Part shown: piece by piece, positions 63,424 to 64,000 of the stretch
How the letters are laid out: each line of letters begins with the position of its first letter
How positions within the stretch are numbered: position 1 is the first letter of the stretch
Made by a program: the position numbers and the translations under genes
Notes under the pieces: generated by a model
Told to the model about the DNA's origin: nothing
Database searches by the model: none
Seen by the model: only the letters and a program-made list of their open reading frames with translations
Assembly (NCBI RefSeq): GCF_041146345.1
Contig: NW_027191404.1
Span: forward strand, 1,736,001 to 1,800,000
Direction: 5' to 3'
DNA length: 64,000 nucleotides
Source of the DNA: Neodothiora populina
Taxonomy: Eukaryota

Positions 63424-63927
63424 CTAAAGGCGGATAGCAATGTCGAGGCAGGATATCCGCCATTCCTTTTTCCCAACAATCTCTCTAAACCACTCAGCTG
63501 CACTTATCGAAGGCTGTACATCCAAACTCGATTTCTTTCTGACCGCATCAACTGCGCCCTTCACCACCGATCCAGCTGTAGAATTGAGGACGGAAGCGGC
63601 AAGTGATGCGCTTTCTATGGCCGCATGTTGTAACATAGTTTTGGTCTGGGGTTCTGAAGTCTCATAATCGAGCGGTGGCAATGATCCGGGCTGTGACTCA
63701 AACCAGTCGCTGTGGAAGTCGTAGAGACAGAAAACGAGGATCGTGAGGAGGAGAGAGCAGTAAATGCATGGTCGATTGAGGTAATATGTTGCGCCGACGA
63801 AGAGGACAAAGTATAGAGGGGAGACATTAGAGCTGCTTACAATGTTAATACGTGAGTTCTTTGATCATGGTATAGCATGCCAATACATGAAGAAGAGCAC
63901 CGGTATCCATGTTCGTAGACAGAACAT
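63424..63927 (-). CDS. BC10/BLCAP-domain small membrane protein (149 aa)
   Basis: Exons 63927-63887 and 63832-63424 give MFCLRTWIPVLFFISNVSPLYFVLFVGATYYLNRPCIYCSLLLTILVFCLYDFHSDWFE...EWRISCLDIAIRL*. MxCLxxxxP and the RPCxxC motif between two hydrophobic segments are the BLCAP/BC10 signature. The ORF track shows only the 3' part. Confidence 0.88.
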
Positions 63928-64000
63928 TGTGGCCGCAGCGGCTCGTTGTGGGCGGCTTGATACTTTGAGCAGCCTCAGTATTGCGCGCGACGATTACTCC

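Noticed and set aside
63615..63827. 70-aa ORF MSPLYTLSSS...
   Set aside because: An alternative frame overlapping exon 2 of the BC10-like gene.
1..64000. Transposons, LTRs, RIP-degraded AT-rich blocks, CRISPR arrays, rRNA, spliceosomal snRNAs, and TGA-CTA readthrough signals
   Set aside because: No transposase or RT motifs, terminal repeats, repeat-spacer arrays or diagnostic RNA motifs were seen. None of the stop codons I checked is followed by the TGA CTA readthrough context.

Overview
Gene-dense, intron-containing region of a filamentous ascomycete chromosome (Pezizomycotina-type GT-AG introns of ~50-150 nt with CTRAC-type branch sites). I can support 23 protein-coding genes and one intron-containing tRNA-Thr(AGT). 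The genes are: a partial putative chromatin protein; a Cdb4/Ebp1-like protein; TPS2; a 90-aa small protein; a carboxypeptidase S divergent from a Zn2Cys6 factor; a small membrane-anchored protein; a Pac2-type WOPR factor; a small cytochrome b5-like protein; SCJ1; a polyQ Zn2Cys6 factor; a Cys/His-rich hypothetical protein; Sfb3/Sec24-like; RPL28; UGGT; LRO1; NAA30/MAK3; GatB; RPL10; RPL30; a coiled-coil protein; APE2; and a BC10/BLCAP-like protein. No transposon, CRISPR array or rRNA was seen. The most interesting signals are RNA-level or hidden by introns. (1) An almost exact copy of the yeast L30-binding kink-turn buries the RPL30 AUG, but without the adjacent splice site that yeast uses. 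(2) The ribosomal-protein introns contain long hairpins, two of them flanking a 9-nt RPL10 micro-exon. (3) An orphan TACTAAC/CAG intron-like element lies downstream of RPL28. (4) The coiled-coil protein carries a Rab11-FIP-RBD-like motif. (5) An upstream in-frame ATG adds a mitochondrial-type presequence to APE2. (6) A TACWGTA palindrome recurs in intergenic DNA. All family assignments come from motif recognition by eye, not from database searches.
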